Positions 41,381-55,034 of a DNA stretch of 64,000 bases are shown here, piece by piece. The position numbers were made by a program, and so were the translations under genes. The stretch lies in contig CM082591.2 in the NCBI GenBank assembly GCA_040954595.2, positions 9,503,309-9,567,308 of the forward strand, in the 5' to 3' direction. The stretch's first letter is position 1, and the number at the start of each line of letters is the position of its first letter. The notes below the pieces were generated by a model. That model did not search any database. It saw only the letters and a list, made by a program, of their open reading frames with translations, and was not told the DNA's origin. This DNA comes from Balanoglossus misakiensis. Taxonomy: Eukaryota; Animalia; Hemichordata.

Positions 41381-41900
41381 CACACTTAAAATGACCTTGA
41401 GTTCCAGAACATTTCACACAAACCTATTTAAGTCCAATTGCCTGAAGTGAGGGTAAATTTAAAATGACCCCGGGCACAAGTGCATTTCACACAAACCTAG
41501 TTAAGTCCAATTGCCTGAAGTGAGGGCACATTAAAAATGACCCCGGGTACAAGTGCATTTCACACAAACCTAGCTAAGTCCAATTGCCTGAAGTGAGGGC
41601 ACATTAAAAATGACCCCGGGCACAAGTGCATTTCACACAAACCTAGTTAAGTCCAATTGCCTGAAGTGAGGGCACATTAAAAATGACCCCGGGTACAAGT
41701 GCATTTCACACAAACCTAGCTAAGTCCAATTGCCTGAAGTGAGGGCACATTAAAAAGACCCCGGGTACAAGTGCATTTCACTTAAACCTAGCTAAGTCCA
41801 ATTGCCTGACGTTGATGCACGTCCGTTTAAAATGACCCCGGGTACAAGAACATTTTTCACAAACCTAGTTAAGTTTAATTTAATGAAGTCAGAGCACATT
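41381..41900. repeat. 73-bp minisatellite, about 7 copies
   Basis: Unit CACATTAAAAATGACCCCGGG...GAAGTGAGGG recurs at 41527, 41600, 41673 and neighbours. Confidence 0.9.
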
Positions 41901-42888
41901 CCAAGCAACTCTGGGACTTTACAGATGGCCAGACTTTGGTTTGTCTAAGACATACTTGTACACAGGAATTTCAGGTAATTGAACTAAGCATGTTTGTGTA
42001 ACACTGACTTGTCATCACAAATATGACCTCTTCTGATGAACTTGTTTTATAATTACAGTTGGTCCCCCTTTTCTAGTTCTTCTGACTCCAAAACCTGTAA
42101 CACATTGCATATGCTTCTTCTGGAGCGCCAACGGAAGAAGCAGAGGGGTCTGGGCAACCGAGACTATGTTACCATACGCCAACTGCCAACCTAGGGACTA
42201 TGGGTCGTACAATAAACTTCCGTAATGTACACATTGCAATTTAATTTTAAGCTGCTCCCTTCTCTCCAGGACACAATCACCAAAAAATGCTACAAGAATA
42301 TTACATTTGTAATATGGATCATATAACTCAGGTAAGGATCATGGTAGAAGTTCTGTCCTTGAAATGACAATGAAATCAAACACAGTTGGTTGAAGTCAGT
42401 AACACACATCATCCAATGCCCCGGCTTTTGAATTCATACATGTATCCTCTTCTTCCCTATAATTAACAGATAGAGGACATTACACTTACCTTGAATTGAT
42501 TTATCAAAGCAACAAAGAGACATTAACTTCCACACAGAAACAAAAATGTGCTCATGTCTAACACTGGACAGGGGATTAAAAAGGGGGCCCAGGAAGTGAC
42601 AACATCCAATGAGATAATTTCTTGATCACTATTCAATATGGTGGTTGGTGCCCCTTGAATGCCAGACATGTCATAAGAAAGTGTATTTCAACAAGTCTGA
42701 AGAAAAGCTATCAATCATGAGTGACAGTCTAATTGTGAATGATATAGTCCCCCAAACAGATTTGATTGAATGATATTATAACTGAGTTATGGCTCCAAAC
42801 ATGAAAAATCAGTTCAATGGCCAACATGGTTGGATCCCAACATTTGATCATATTGAGACAAAAATTGACATGCACGTACATCAGAGTA

Positions 42889-44343
42889 CAGTAAACCGTT
42901 AATTATCCGAACAGCTAGGGGGACAGGCTTTTGGTTCGGATATGCATTCATTGGATATGCAATCTCAGGGAGGGGAGGGGGAGGGGGAGGGGGGCGTGGT
43001 CACATTCAGGTCATATCTCACATATACATGCATAGGTACATGAACATGTACCGTAGTAGACAAGACACATCATTTTCCTTTTCTATTTTTTTCTAAGTAA
43101 ATTTGAAGCATTTTGAATAGTGTACAAAGCAAAGTTATGAGATAATTGAAAATAAAGAATGACAGTGTTTAGGTCAAGCATGTGATGCTAGTGTTTCATT
43201 GATGATGCAGCCATGATGACATACACTGTAATGGCGGATGCAGAGTGATGCTCGTTTGACGATGTTACCAGATCACTACTGGAACTACAAATGGTGTCAT
43301 TTCCTGAAACCCACTTATACCTAACCAGTCAACACTTTCAAGTTTAGACAAAATGCTGCAAAATGGCTCAAACGTTTATGAAGAAGTCAACCACTGGTCG
43401 TAACCTTTTAGCAAGGCCGACATAAGCTATGCGGCTGAATGAACCGTGCTATTGTTGAGCGGTTCATTTTCACACCTCTTGTGATTGCATCCAAATGATT
43501 CATACCCGAGGATACAAAACATTAAAGCCTCAGTATTTCTCGTTTTCGCATAAATTTTGTTTGAAACGGCATCTTCAATTTCTAAAAGTACATGATAATT
43601 GATACTGAATCGAACAGTTATCATGCCAAGCTCTGTTCATAAACACATAGAATTTACAATATAACGAGTGAAGAATGACTTTCTGTCTGGACAGAAAGTC
43701 AGGCTTTGTTGACACACTTGACTACTGCGCATGCGCACTCAAATGTGAATCTACACGGAAGAGGTTTAGTCGCCCCAAATCTAACGACTCAGTGAAGAAA
43801 TGCACACTAATTCGGCGAAATTCCTGGAAGATAACTATATGGGAGAAATCAGTCGATGGAAGCAGATCAAATCCGAAAATGGTCTGACCATCAAATGTCA
43901 AAATGGCACATTTGCTGATCGACATGTACAACATTTCCGTTGTACACAAACCCGTGCATCATTTCAAGTGTTACGGGCAATATTTACAGCTTGCACATAG
44001 CTACAGTTGCCCAAACCTTTCTTATATCTTCATTATGTAGTATTCCATGATGAATGTACGGGAAAAACAGGCATTTTTCGATGATGTAAAATGGATACAC
44101 ACGAGAAATACTGTGGCTTTAACACTTTCAGAATTAAAACAAAAGGCTAACAGGCAGTAAAGTTGTTTAAAGAAATAACTTTTTTTAAAGCGGAAAGTGC
44201 TGTACTATAATGCCATCCTTTGACAGCCAGGGCCGTGACAAACAATAATCAAGCAAGGAATACGCCAACAGGTAGAATTTGGGGGGGGGGGACACAGAAT
44301 GAGTTCGGATAGCCAAACAATGCGGATAATTAACGGTTTACTG
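42889..44343. mobile_element. Non-autonomous Tc1/pogo-like DNA transposon
   Basis: 21-bp TIR CAGTAAACCGTTAATTATCCG, TA TSD. Confidence 0.85.
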
Positions 44344-44576
44344 TACATAATGGTTGTATGAAGTCAGAACAGAATCGGTTCAAGCATGTCTGACATATGG
44401 CGCTGCACTTGAATTTTTTGTGTGAAAATGATGGTTGCCTGGTGACCACATGGAGTTATCAGGATACTTACCTGAATGTAGTGATGAAGTCTCAGGTCAT
44501 AGTTCATAGTCCCACAATGCTTGCAGTTGATGACATGGCTGAATAAAGTGTTGTTGTTACTGTTTTGTCTAGAATC

Positions 44577-44890
44577 TGTGTATGATGCTTGTTGCCGGTG
44601 ACATGGTTGTTGTTCCATCTGGAAGCTGTGTGCGATGCTTGTTGCCGATGACATGGTTGTTCAATCTGGAAGCTGTGTGCGATGCTTGTTGCTGATGACA
44701 TGGTTGTTGTTCCATCTGGAAGCTGTGTGCGATGCTTGTTGCTGATGACATGGTTGTTGTTCCATCTGGAAGCTGTGTGCGATGCTTGTTGCTGATGACA
44801 TGGTTGTTGTTCCATCTGGAAGCTGTGTGCGATGCTTGTTGCTGACGACATGGTTGTTGTTGTTACTGTTCCGTCTGGAAGCTGTGTGCT
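44577..44890. repeat. 50-bp tandem repeat, about 6 copies
   Basis: Unit CTGTGTGCGATGCTTGTTGCTGATGACATGGTTGTTGTTCCATCTGGAAG. Confidence 0.9.
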
Positions 44891-45029
44891 TTGCATATTC
44901 TTTAACCTACCACCCATAACATCAGAAGTTGACAAAAGTCTGGGGAGGTTAATAGACAGCAACATCTTGTGATTAGCATGATTTTTTTACACAAGATACG
45001 CAGACATTAATTGCTACGGAGGAGTATGT

Positions 45030-46000
45030 ACAAACCTAACATATTTAAAATGAAGTATTGCCAGAACTCACTGAAGTCGAAAAATAGAAGATGACATTCA
45101 GTGTTATGGACACGAAGACACTAATGGATGAAGCACTGACAGACCATGACAAGAACTTGATAAAACCTCAAACTGAACAAAAAGAAATTCACGCTAAGAC
45201 GAAAGGAATACTTACCTTCCATGGGTCAACTACTCACTGGAGATGGATATTAGATAGATCCTGCTCAGGTGTCAGCAATTGTCAATGCTACAACCAAGTG
45301 ACAAAAAGGGAATTAATACAGCACCTTTTGGGTTTTGTCAACTATATACCTCTCACAATTCCTGCAAAAGCTGTCAGAGATATGTGAACCACTATGCTAA
45401 GTAATTGAGAAGAGCCATTTTCTAGATGACTAAGGGAAATCAACTTGACTCTGTGGCAGTGTGCATCTGTCAGAAGGCATACACCACCAAGTCAAACGTA
45501 CTGTGCACAAGCTCATTGCAAAGCCTCATGTGCACAATGATGACAGGCTTGCCATACTCATGGGAAGATGTTCTGATTAGTATCCAGGAACTTCTGGAAC
45601 TTCACAGATGAATTAACTGCACAAGGTGGAGTTATGTTCAAAAGGATAAAAGTGATCATACCAATGTCTATATGTCAACAGATGATCACAAGAGCACACA
45701 CTAACCACCTTGGGTAAGATGCTTGCGAAGAGCAAATGATGTTCTTTTTTGGCCAGGAATGACAGGTGAAATCACAGAAATTTGCAGAAATTTTCTATTA
45801 CGTGTAATGGTAAACAACAGAAGGGGCAAATCATGTCTCATTGATGTCGAGAAGAATAAGAACCACTATGCCAAAATCAGTCACTTCTGAAGCCTCGTGT
45901 CATAGACGATGTGTCAGAATATATCAGAAGCAAGAAACAGAGGGCCGAAGCAGCTTACAACGAGCATACCAAACCTCTACCAGCTTTGGAGATAGGTGAT
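45030..46000 (+). mobile_element. Highly degraded Gypsy pol remnant
   Basis: Frameshifted fragments LSEICEPL (RT end), CLRRANDVLFWPGMTGEI (integrase Zn-binding region) and LPALEIGD. Confidence 0.6.
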
Positions 46001-46004
46001 TTCA

Positions 46005-46655
46005 ATATAGTGGGGCAGTTAACAAAAAAATCGTGCACTTTGGGTTAAAAGCATGAAACTTGGTACACTTATGCATTGACCCATGGCGGCCATTTTATGA
46101 TATGGATCCAAAATGACAGCGCCCTCTTGTGGCCAGAAACTGACATTCACACTTTCCCCCCATTAATGGCACTTTTTGGTCATTTGTAACACTCAGAAAC
46201 AGGAATGTGGGTTGTAAAACATGCTTGCTACCATACATTCATGTGTATATTATCCTAATCCTGACAAACATGTATAGTGGGGCAGTTAACAAAAAAATCG
46301 TGCACTTTGGGTTAAAAGCATGAAACTTAATACACTTATGCATTGACCCATGGCGGCCATTTTCTGATATGGATCCAAAATGACAGCGCCCTCTAGTGGC
46401 CAGAAACAGACATTCATACTTAAAAACCGTGCACTTCTGGTTAAAAGCCTGAAACTTGGTACACTTATGCATTGACCCATGGCGGCCATTTTATGATATG
46501 GATCCAAAATGACAGCGTCCTCTTGTGGCCAGAAACTGACATTCACACTTTCCCCCATTAATGGCACTTTTTGGTCATTTGTAACACTCAGAAACAGGAA
46601 TGTGGGTTGTAAAACATGCTTGCTACCATACATTCATGTGTATATTATCCTAATC
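46005..46655. repeat. Tandemly duplicated interspersed-repeat modules
   Basis: TATAGTGGGGCAGTTAAC...ATGGCGGCCATTTT...CCTAATCCTGA blocks repeated 2-3 times. Confidence 0.75.
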
Positions 46656-48664
46656 CTGATATACATGTATCAGATCAATCTTGATTACATCTGCCTTAAC
46701 AGTAACAATGACCACTGCTGTCAGACTAGACCTAAAGCACCTACAGAAACATGTGCATGACTTTTGGCCACTGATTTCCTGAGGTTGACTCTTTTCTTGG
46801 GCTTGTCCAACTTGATTTCCACTGGGATTCTGTTGGTTTGATATAGCTTTGCTAGGTTTCTCACAGCACATGTTCTTTAGGAGCTGCCTGTATTCTCGAG
46901 AACCCTTGACTTTCTGGAGAAGAGGTGTTGTATTACCCATTTGCATGACTTTGTGTATTGAACTGGTTGTTATTTCGAAGAACAAATCGTTCAATTAGTA
47001 ACATACAAGATAAGAAGACTAGGGACCAGTTGTGTGGACTTCCACAGTGGTGACAGGGTAACGATGATCCAATATTAATAAGCTGAATGATGCAGAAATG
47101 CTCTCTGCAAACAATCAATTTGTGGTTCATGTACATTCGAAAAATGAATGACATAGTCCGTGGTCGGTTAGAATATTTTGAAATTAGAGCAAGACTTTTT
47201 TGCATAAAATCATTGCCAGTGACATAGTCCCCACTGGATCTTCCCTTGTCCAAATCAGATGAGATTGGTTTGATTTCCGGGGGATCGAAACTTCCAAAAC
47301 TTCAATCTTACAAATACTGTTAAAAACATGGCTAGTGAGGTTTCAAATAATTTTGCCGTGGTGTCACAATTAAAGGGAATGTTTACTTTTTAGTAGCAAT
47401 TAAAGAAAAGGGTATCTAAAATAGTTAATAATTGTGTTGTTTCACAAACCTTGAACTTGATAGAGACATCCTCAGGACAGGCAACAACTGAGTAGGATAC
47501 AAGAATAGATGAAGGACTTTCACCATCTGACAAGATGTTGTAAGCATCTTCACTTAGAACCAGACCATCTTCATCAATCATGCAGTACGGGTACATGCAC
47601 ATGTCTGTTACCCGGACAACTACAGATACATCATTTGAACCAATCACATTCAGGCATTCCCTGCAAACCTGCAATCACACAATCATGTAGCTGTCAAAAT
47701 GCATAATTATATTTCAACAAACCAACTAACTCCTTCTTTAGACAACACTGCAGGTTTTGGTTTAAGTGCTTAATCAAATTAAGCTGAGGAAATTTGCAAG
47801 AAAAACACGATGAAATAAAATTATTCATAACAAAAGTTGTTACAAATCACAATGACTCGAAATGAGAGAATATCTGGTCAGTATTGACATAACAGCCAAT
47901 CATGTACAAGGACTTTCAGAACTAACGTTATCTATACTTACATGTAAATCTTGAAAATTGGCCATACCAGCAACCATACTTATATAGAATGTTCCAAATG
48001 AACAGGTACCATCAGTTGGTGTCTCACTGTACTTCTCACAAGTTGCGTTTACAAAAGTCTCAAAGGTTCCACAATCTCTACTGACTGCAAAAACAACAAC
48101 ACAAGCAAGATATTCTTTGCTGCAAGAAGAGTTAATTAACATCCTAAAATGGGTTTGTGTTGTACATTTTCTAATCTGGTGAAATGTGTTTGTGTGTAAG
48201 CTTTTATCATTTATTTACATATATGGGACATTGTACAGTGGTGATATCATGTACAGCAGAGAAATTTCCTGATTTGCGCTACTTTCTGATAAGGAAACAC
48301 ATATTTACTGGCCATGTTCGGATAACAGCATACGTTTGTGTGCCCTCGGGACTGCAAATTACCCCCAAAACAATCTGTTTCCATTGGCCTTCAGCCTCTA
48401 GAAACAGACTGTTCTGGGTTGACTCACAGTCCATATTGCCACTGTAAAAATTACATATGCCGGTATACGGTATTGAGTATTTGCCATTTCTCTGCCACAA
48501 AATATATCCCTTTCTTAAATTGTGGCAATAAAAGGACAAATACTGATATGAATATGAATTATACGAGTACACAAAATATATTCCTTTCTTAAATTGTGGC
48601 AATAAAAGGACAAATACTGATATGAATATGAATTATACGAGTACACAGTATAATTAAGCAATAA

Positions 48665-49229
48665 TTAAGCAATAACCCCCGCCGCGAGATTTGGGTACAA
48701 TTCGAGACATATAGCACGAGCCGTTAGGCGAGTGCTATATGGAGCGAATTGTACCCAAATCAAGTGTATACCCGACTGAGGCGGGGGTTATTGCTATTAT
48801 ATTACATATCAACAATTGATTTTGAGGCCTATCAGTGGCATTTTCTTAACGAAACGGCGTCAGAAAGAGAAATCACTATCGTGAACCAATATGGCGAGGA
48901 TGAATGTAAACACGAGCGGCCGGGATCGAGCATTAAACATGACGCAGACGACAAAAAATGACCAGACGGGCGTCGCGCATGGCAAAGTGACAAATATTCC
49001 TACAAAGCAATTCCAAAATAAAACGTCCGTAAATTCAACGGTGTTTTCATTTTTTTTTATTTGGTTGAAATACACACGACTGTGGTTCAACCGCACGTTT
49101 TCACTACCGCATGCTAGTTCAGGGGCCCGTTTTAGCACTGCCAGCAGTGCTATATGACTATTTAAGCATCGCTGGATTGAGCTCTCGTCCAATCAGAATG
49201 GCGGAGGGTAGCATGATATAATATAATTA
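48665..49229 (-). mobile_element. Crypton-like non-autonomous element (family of 6365-6902)
   Basis: Reverse-complement similarity along its length; hairpin containing GCACGAGCCGTTAGGCGAGTGC. Confidence 0.7.
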
Positions 49230-49420
49230 CCTGTTGATACATCATGAGAAGGTGTCACTGGTTTTGGTGTTGATATTTTAGTTGAAAGTGGTGCACTAGT
49301 AGTTTCAGATGTTGTAAATTGTTCATCTGAATCTGTCGTTGTTTTCTTTCAGTCACAGTGACTGCCTGCGTTGATGGCGCCTCATAACCTGCATTTGGAA
49401 ATCAAGTCATTTTGCATTAA

Positions 49421-49774
49421 AGGGACAAAGTCTCTCTCTCTCACTGCCCTTTTTTCCATTAATTATGTTTGATGCAAGACACTTTTTATGTTATTCTACA
49501 TGTGGATATATAGTGAATCAATGTTCGACCACACACAACTTTCATCCCGTTTGTAGGATATAAGTCTAGAGTAAAAATCTCGCCCAAATGAATAAATGGT
49601 AAACACCGATTATTCATTTTGGCGAGTTTTTCACTCTCGAGTCTACAAGCAGGATGGAAGTTGTGTATGGTTGAAGGTTAATTCACTATATATCCACATG
49701 TAGAATAATATAAACAGTGTCTTGTATCAAATATTATTAATGGAAAAGGGCAGCGAGAGAGAGACTTTGTCCCT
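49421..49774. mobile_element. Palindromic Kolobok-type MITE
   Basis: TTAA-AGGGACAAAGTCTCTCTCTC...GAGAGACTTTGTCCCT-TTAA. Confidence 0.85.
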
Positions 49775-50046
49775 TTAAAATATGTGAGATTCCAAAGATC
49801 TCACTAATGATTATTTAATATAACTATACGGTAAATAACTTGAATGGAATTTGGATGTTATTGCTACATTTTGCTACACAACCTGTACACACAGAACGTA
49901 AACTTGTAAACTGTGCAAATTTGTGCACATTTGTCTCTACGCATAGAATTAGATTGATATAAACTCACTACTATTGTCATTTTCATGACAATTTAGCTCA
50001 GTTAAATGAAAATAAATTCATTGGTCAAATAAAATTGTGTAGTCAC

Positions 50047-52641
50047 GGGTCCGTGAAGTTTGTTACTTATTCCTTATTCCTTATTCGAATGTGAAGTTTG
50101 TTACTTATTCCTTATTCCTTATTCCTTATTCGAATGCGAAGTTTGTTACTTATTCCTTATTCCTTATTCGGATTATGAAGTCTGTGACTTATTCCTTATT
50201 CGGATTCTGAAGTCTGTGACTTTTTTCCTTATTCAAAGCTTATTCCTTATTCGAAATCTGAAGTCTGTGACTTATTCCTTATTCGAAATCTGAAGTCTGT
50301 GACTTATTCCTTATTCGAAATCTGAAGTCTGTGACTTTTTCCTTATTAAAAGCTTATTCCTTATTCGAAATCTGAAGTCTGTGACTTATTCCTTATTCGG
50401 ATTCTGAAGTCTGTGACTTTTTCCTTATTCAAAGCTTATTCCTTATTCGAAATCTGAAGTCTGTGACTTTTTCCTTATTCAAAGCTTATTCCTTATTCGA
50501 AATCTGAAGTCTGTGACTTATTCCTTATTCGAAATCTGAAGTCTGTGACTTATTCCTTATTCCTTATTCGAATGCGAAGTTTGTTACTTATTCCTTATTC
50601 CTTATTCGGATTATGAAGTCTGTGACTTATTCCTTATTCGGATTCTGAAGTCTGTGACTTTTTTCCTTATTCAAAGCTTATTCCTTATTCGAAATCTGAA
50701 GTCTGTGACTTTTTCCTTATTAAAAGCTTATTCCTTATTCGAAATCTGAAGTCTGTGACTTATTCCTTATTCGGATTCTGAAGTCTGTGACTTTTTCCTT
50801 ATTCAAAGCTTATTCCTTATTCGAAATCTGAAGTCTGTGACTTTTTCCTTATTCAAAGCTTATTCCTTATTCGAAATCTGAAGTCTGTGACTTTTTCCTT
50901 ATTCAAAGCTTATTCCTTATTCGAAATCTGAAGTCTGTGACTTATTCCTTATTCGAAATCTGAAGTCTGTGACTTATTCCTTATTCGAAATCTGAAGTCT
51001 GTGACTTATTCCTTATTCGGATTCTGAAGTCTGAGACTTATTCCTTATTCGAAATCTGAAGTCTGTGACTTTTTCCTTATTCAAAGCTTATTCCTTATTC
51101 GAAATCTGAAGTCTGTGACTTTTTCCTTATTCAAAGCTTATTCCTTATTCGAAATCTGAAGTCTGTGACTTATTCCTTATTCGGATTCTGAAGTCTGTGA
51201 CTTTTTCCTTATTCAAAGCTTATTCCTTATTCGAAATCTGAAGTCTGTGACTTTTCTCTTATTCGAAATCTGAAGTCTGTTGTCACGACTGAGTTTGAAC
51301 GCTCATAGATCCTTTCTATGATTACGTAAGATGTCATTCACTTGTATTGACATAGGTACTTGACCCAGAGTAAACAAGCTTGTGTAATTGATACATGTCA
51401 GAACTCTATCACTTGCTAAGTTCATGTTTAAGAAATATTAAGATGACGTGTTCCTTTTATGACTTAAGGGACCGTTCAGTTTTTACGGCCGGGGGGGGGG
51501 GACGAAAAACCAATCGAATTTTTATAAGTTCATGTATGTTAGCATCGTTCTGTGAGGAAAGTACTATCAAAGGTCACCGTAGTTCACCCCAAAATTGGGC
51601 AAAACAATTGGACCCCATACTAGTCTAGATCCAACAAAAACCAGACCCCTCTTGTGTAAGACTCCATTATGTGCTCCATCGGCCCCCCAAAAGCCAGGAC
51701 TCTAACTGCTGTGGATGCTGAGATATGGGAAAGAAGATCAAAGGTCATCCAAGGTCACCCAAAATTTGGGGAAAAATTTTGACCCCATACTGGTCCATGT
51801 CCAACAAGAATGAAACCTCTAGCCCTATTGGTTAGCCTGGAATAAGTTATGCACATAATTAATGAGATAAGCAGGTGTCACAGGTAACCCCCAATTTTGG
51901 CTTTTCAATTTTAGTCCCAACCCTCCAAACGCCAAGTCTGTACCTGCTCTGGGTGCCGAGATATAGGAAAGTAGGTCAAAAGTCATCTGAGGTCACCCAA
52001 AATTTGGGCAAAATTGTTTTCAGATTTTCGTCAGATTTCGAATAAGGAATAAGTCACAGACTTGAGCTTTGAATAAGGAATAAGTCACAGACTTCAGAAT
52101 CCGAATAAGGAATAAGTCACAGACTTCAGATTTCGAATAAGGAATAAGTCACAGACTTCAGATTTCGAATAAGGAATAAGCTTTGAATAAGGAAAAAGTC
52201 ACAGACTTCAGAATCCGAATAAGGAATAAGTCACAGACTTCAGATTTCGAATAAGGAATAAGTCACAGACTTCAGATTTCGAATAAGGAATAAGCTTTGA
52301 ATAAGGAAAAAGTCACAGACTTCAGATTTCGAATAAGGAATAAGCTTTGAATAAGGAAAAAGTCACAGACTTCAGAATCCGAATAAGGAATAAGCTTTGA
52401 ATAAGGAAAAAGTCACAGACTTCAGATTTCGAATAAGGAATAAGCTTTGAATAAGGAATAAGTCACAGACTTCAGAATCCGAATAAGGAATAAGTCACAG
52501 ACTTCAGCTTTGAATAAGGAATAAGGAATAAGTAACAAACTTCACATTCGAATAAGGAATAAGGAATAAGGAATAAGTAACAAACTTCACATTCGAATAA
52601 GGAATAAGGAATAAGGAATAAGTAACAAACTTCCAACACCT
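50047..52641. mobile_element. MULE/Foldback-like element with inverted TTATTCC tandem arrays
   Basis: Perfect 9-bp TSD TGTAGTCAC (50038-50046 and 52642-52650); inverted arms 50047-51280 and 52030-52641. Confidence 0.88.
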
Positions 52642-54684
52642 TGTAGTCACCATATATCGTTAAATGTTTAAGAATGGTGAAGAAATGCTGACTCAGCTGG
52701 GGTTTTTTTTCAAGTACACAGTAGACTTAATTCATAGCCTTGTAATTAAAACAAGCATGGTGACCCCTGTATTATACAGATTTTCATTATGCTAACAAAG
52801 GAGAAACCAAAAATCCACAATTAAAAGAAATGAGATACTTTCACTTCCCCTGAGAGGACATCTGTAAGTAAACTTGTCATATTGTTTTCAGATATTCAGT
52901 GGATGTTTGTACTTGACGTATCTGTTGTATCTCTGGTTGGAGCATCAGTGTGTACTCTTGCTGTCGTGGTTACCAGATCATCTGTGTGTACTTTTGTCGC
53001 CGTGGTTGCCACATCATCTGTGTGTTCTTCTATCGTCGTGGTTACCATGCCATCTGTCTGTGCTCTCTTGGTGGTTCTCATGACATCTGTGTCTGCAGCT
53101 GCTGTGGAGATTTTCATCCGCAATGTGGTCACTTCTTCCTCTTCTGTTGCAGCTCTATTAGTTCCATCCATTTCTGTCGTTCCAAGCTCTGCAGTTGACA
53201 TGTCTGTGACCATTTCCGTTTCTATGACAATGGAGGCAATAGACGTTATGCTGATTGAATTCTGTTTGTCAAGTTTCACTTCAACATTCAAATAGCTTTT
53301 AAAGCCTCTCTGTTGTTTTGGAAGCGGGCATTCTGAACCATTTCTCCATATATCACACTACATGAACATAGAAGTTATCACGGTACTGTTTCAGCACACC
53401 ACAATGTTTATAACAACAGTATATACACACCAGTAGTTGTAGTAGAAGGTGTTGTTGGCAACACAGTCACAACATCTCCTTCACACATCAAAGGGTTTGG
53501 ATGGTTTGGTGTGAATCCATAGTCACAACTGAATGACACTATAGAACCAATGTCGAAATCATTGCCATGTGTCTGACCATTGACTGGTGTACCAGGATCT
53601 TGACATTCCCCTGAGGTCAAGAAGCAAAGTATCTTATCAATATTAAATCATCAACTCAGACAGAAGTCATTCCTTACAAAAACATTCTATATACATCATT
53701 CTACAGAATTCACTAGCCTTTTGAATTTCTATATAAGTTTAAATAATTTCTATGGACATCTATATATTTGTATGTAGTTTTCGAAGTTGCTTATTATGTT
53801 TTTCGGAATTAAAGATGCAGTGAAATATAAGAAAGTGAAAAAGTAGTAGTCGCTGTGTAACAGTCGCCTTTTTTGATATTGCAAAAATTTCTGGCACAAG
53901 AATTCCCCATTTTACAGTATTCAAACAACACATAGTGTGTGAATGTCATGAATTTCATCAGAGTATCACTATTATCAAACAGAAGTGATTGCTTCTCTGA
54001 AAGAAATATTCTTTTCTACGTTACCTTGGGCAACACATCTTGGTCTGGTGCCATTCCATGTTCCATCTTCAGTGCAATATCTCCTGGTGTTACCAAGTGC
54101 TTCATATGCCATGTTACACTGGGGTGTAGCAACACTATCATACCAAGTGCCATCACTATATTCCCATGAGCCATCTTCAATCACAGTCAACAAACCACAG
54201 TCAACACCTAGAAATAAGTAATTTGAACTTGTGGCAACTCTTTCCTCTATATTGTAATCTTATTTTCTTTTGTCAGACACCCCATTTTTAAGGTGTTCAT
54301 ATTTCTCACACTTGTCAGGGATATTTTGTCTCACACTCGCCTGCGACTCGTGTTGGACAGAAAATCTCCAACTCGTGTGAGAAATACAATCCCAGGTCCT
54401 TGGCAGTGAGATTCTATTATTACTGTTGACAGACAGGAGGAGAGGAATTCCATCGGTAATCACCATCTTGACTGCTGTAGGTACACACTCTGACATGGCT
54501 ACCATATAAGTTGTATCCAATGTCACAACTGTAGGTCACTTTACTCTGATAGTTGTAGTTGGGGTCATTGACCTCGTAGCTGCCATGATCAATACTCTCT
54601 GGTTCACTGCAGACAGCAGCTGTAGAAAATACACGTAGAGTTGAGTTGAAGGAAGAGCCTGGGATAAATCTGAAATCACTTTAA

Positions 54685-55034
54685 AGGGATAAAGTCTCTC
54701 TCTCGCTGCCCTTTTTCCATTAATTATGTTTGATACAAGACAGCGTTTATGTTATTCTACATGTGGATATATAGTGAATCAACGTTCTACAACACACAAC
54801 TTCCATCCCACTTGTAGACACAAGAGTGAAAATATCGCCAAAATGAATAATCGGTCTTACCATTTATTCAATTTGGGTGAGTTTTTACTCTCATATCCTA
54901 CAAATGGGATGAAAGTTGTGTGAATATAGTTGAATGTTGATTCACAGTATATTCACATGTAGAATAACGTAAACGCTGTCTTGTATCAAACATATTTAAT
55001 GGAAAAAGGGCAGCGAGAGAGAGACTTTGCCCCG
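54685..55034. mobile_element. Palindromic Kolobok-type MITE (family of 49421)
   Basis: Same TIRs, TTAA flanks. Confidence 0.85.

Noticed and set aside
42967-42999. G-quadruplex-like G runs
   Set aside because: Inside a non-autonomous transposon; no evidence of function.
50047-52641. CRISPR-like appearance of the regular repeats (also 23877-26394 and 41381-41900)
   Set aside because: No unique spacers, no cas genes, eukaryotic context; explained as transposon arms or minisatellites.
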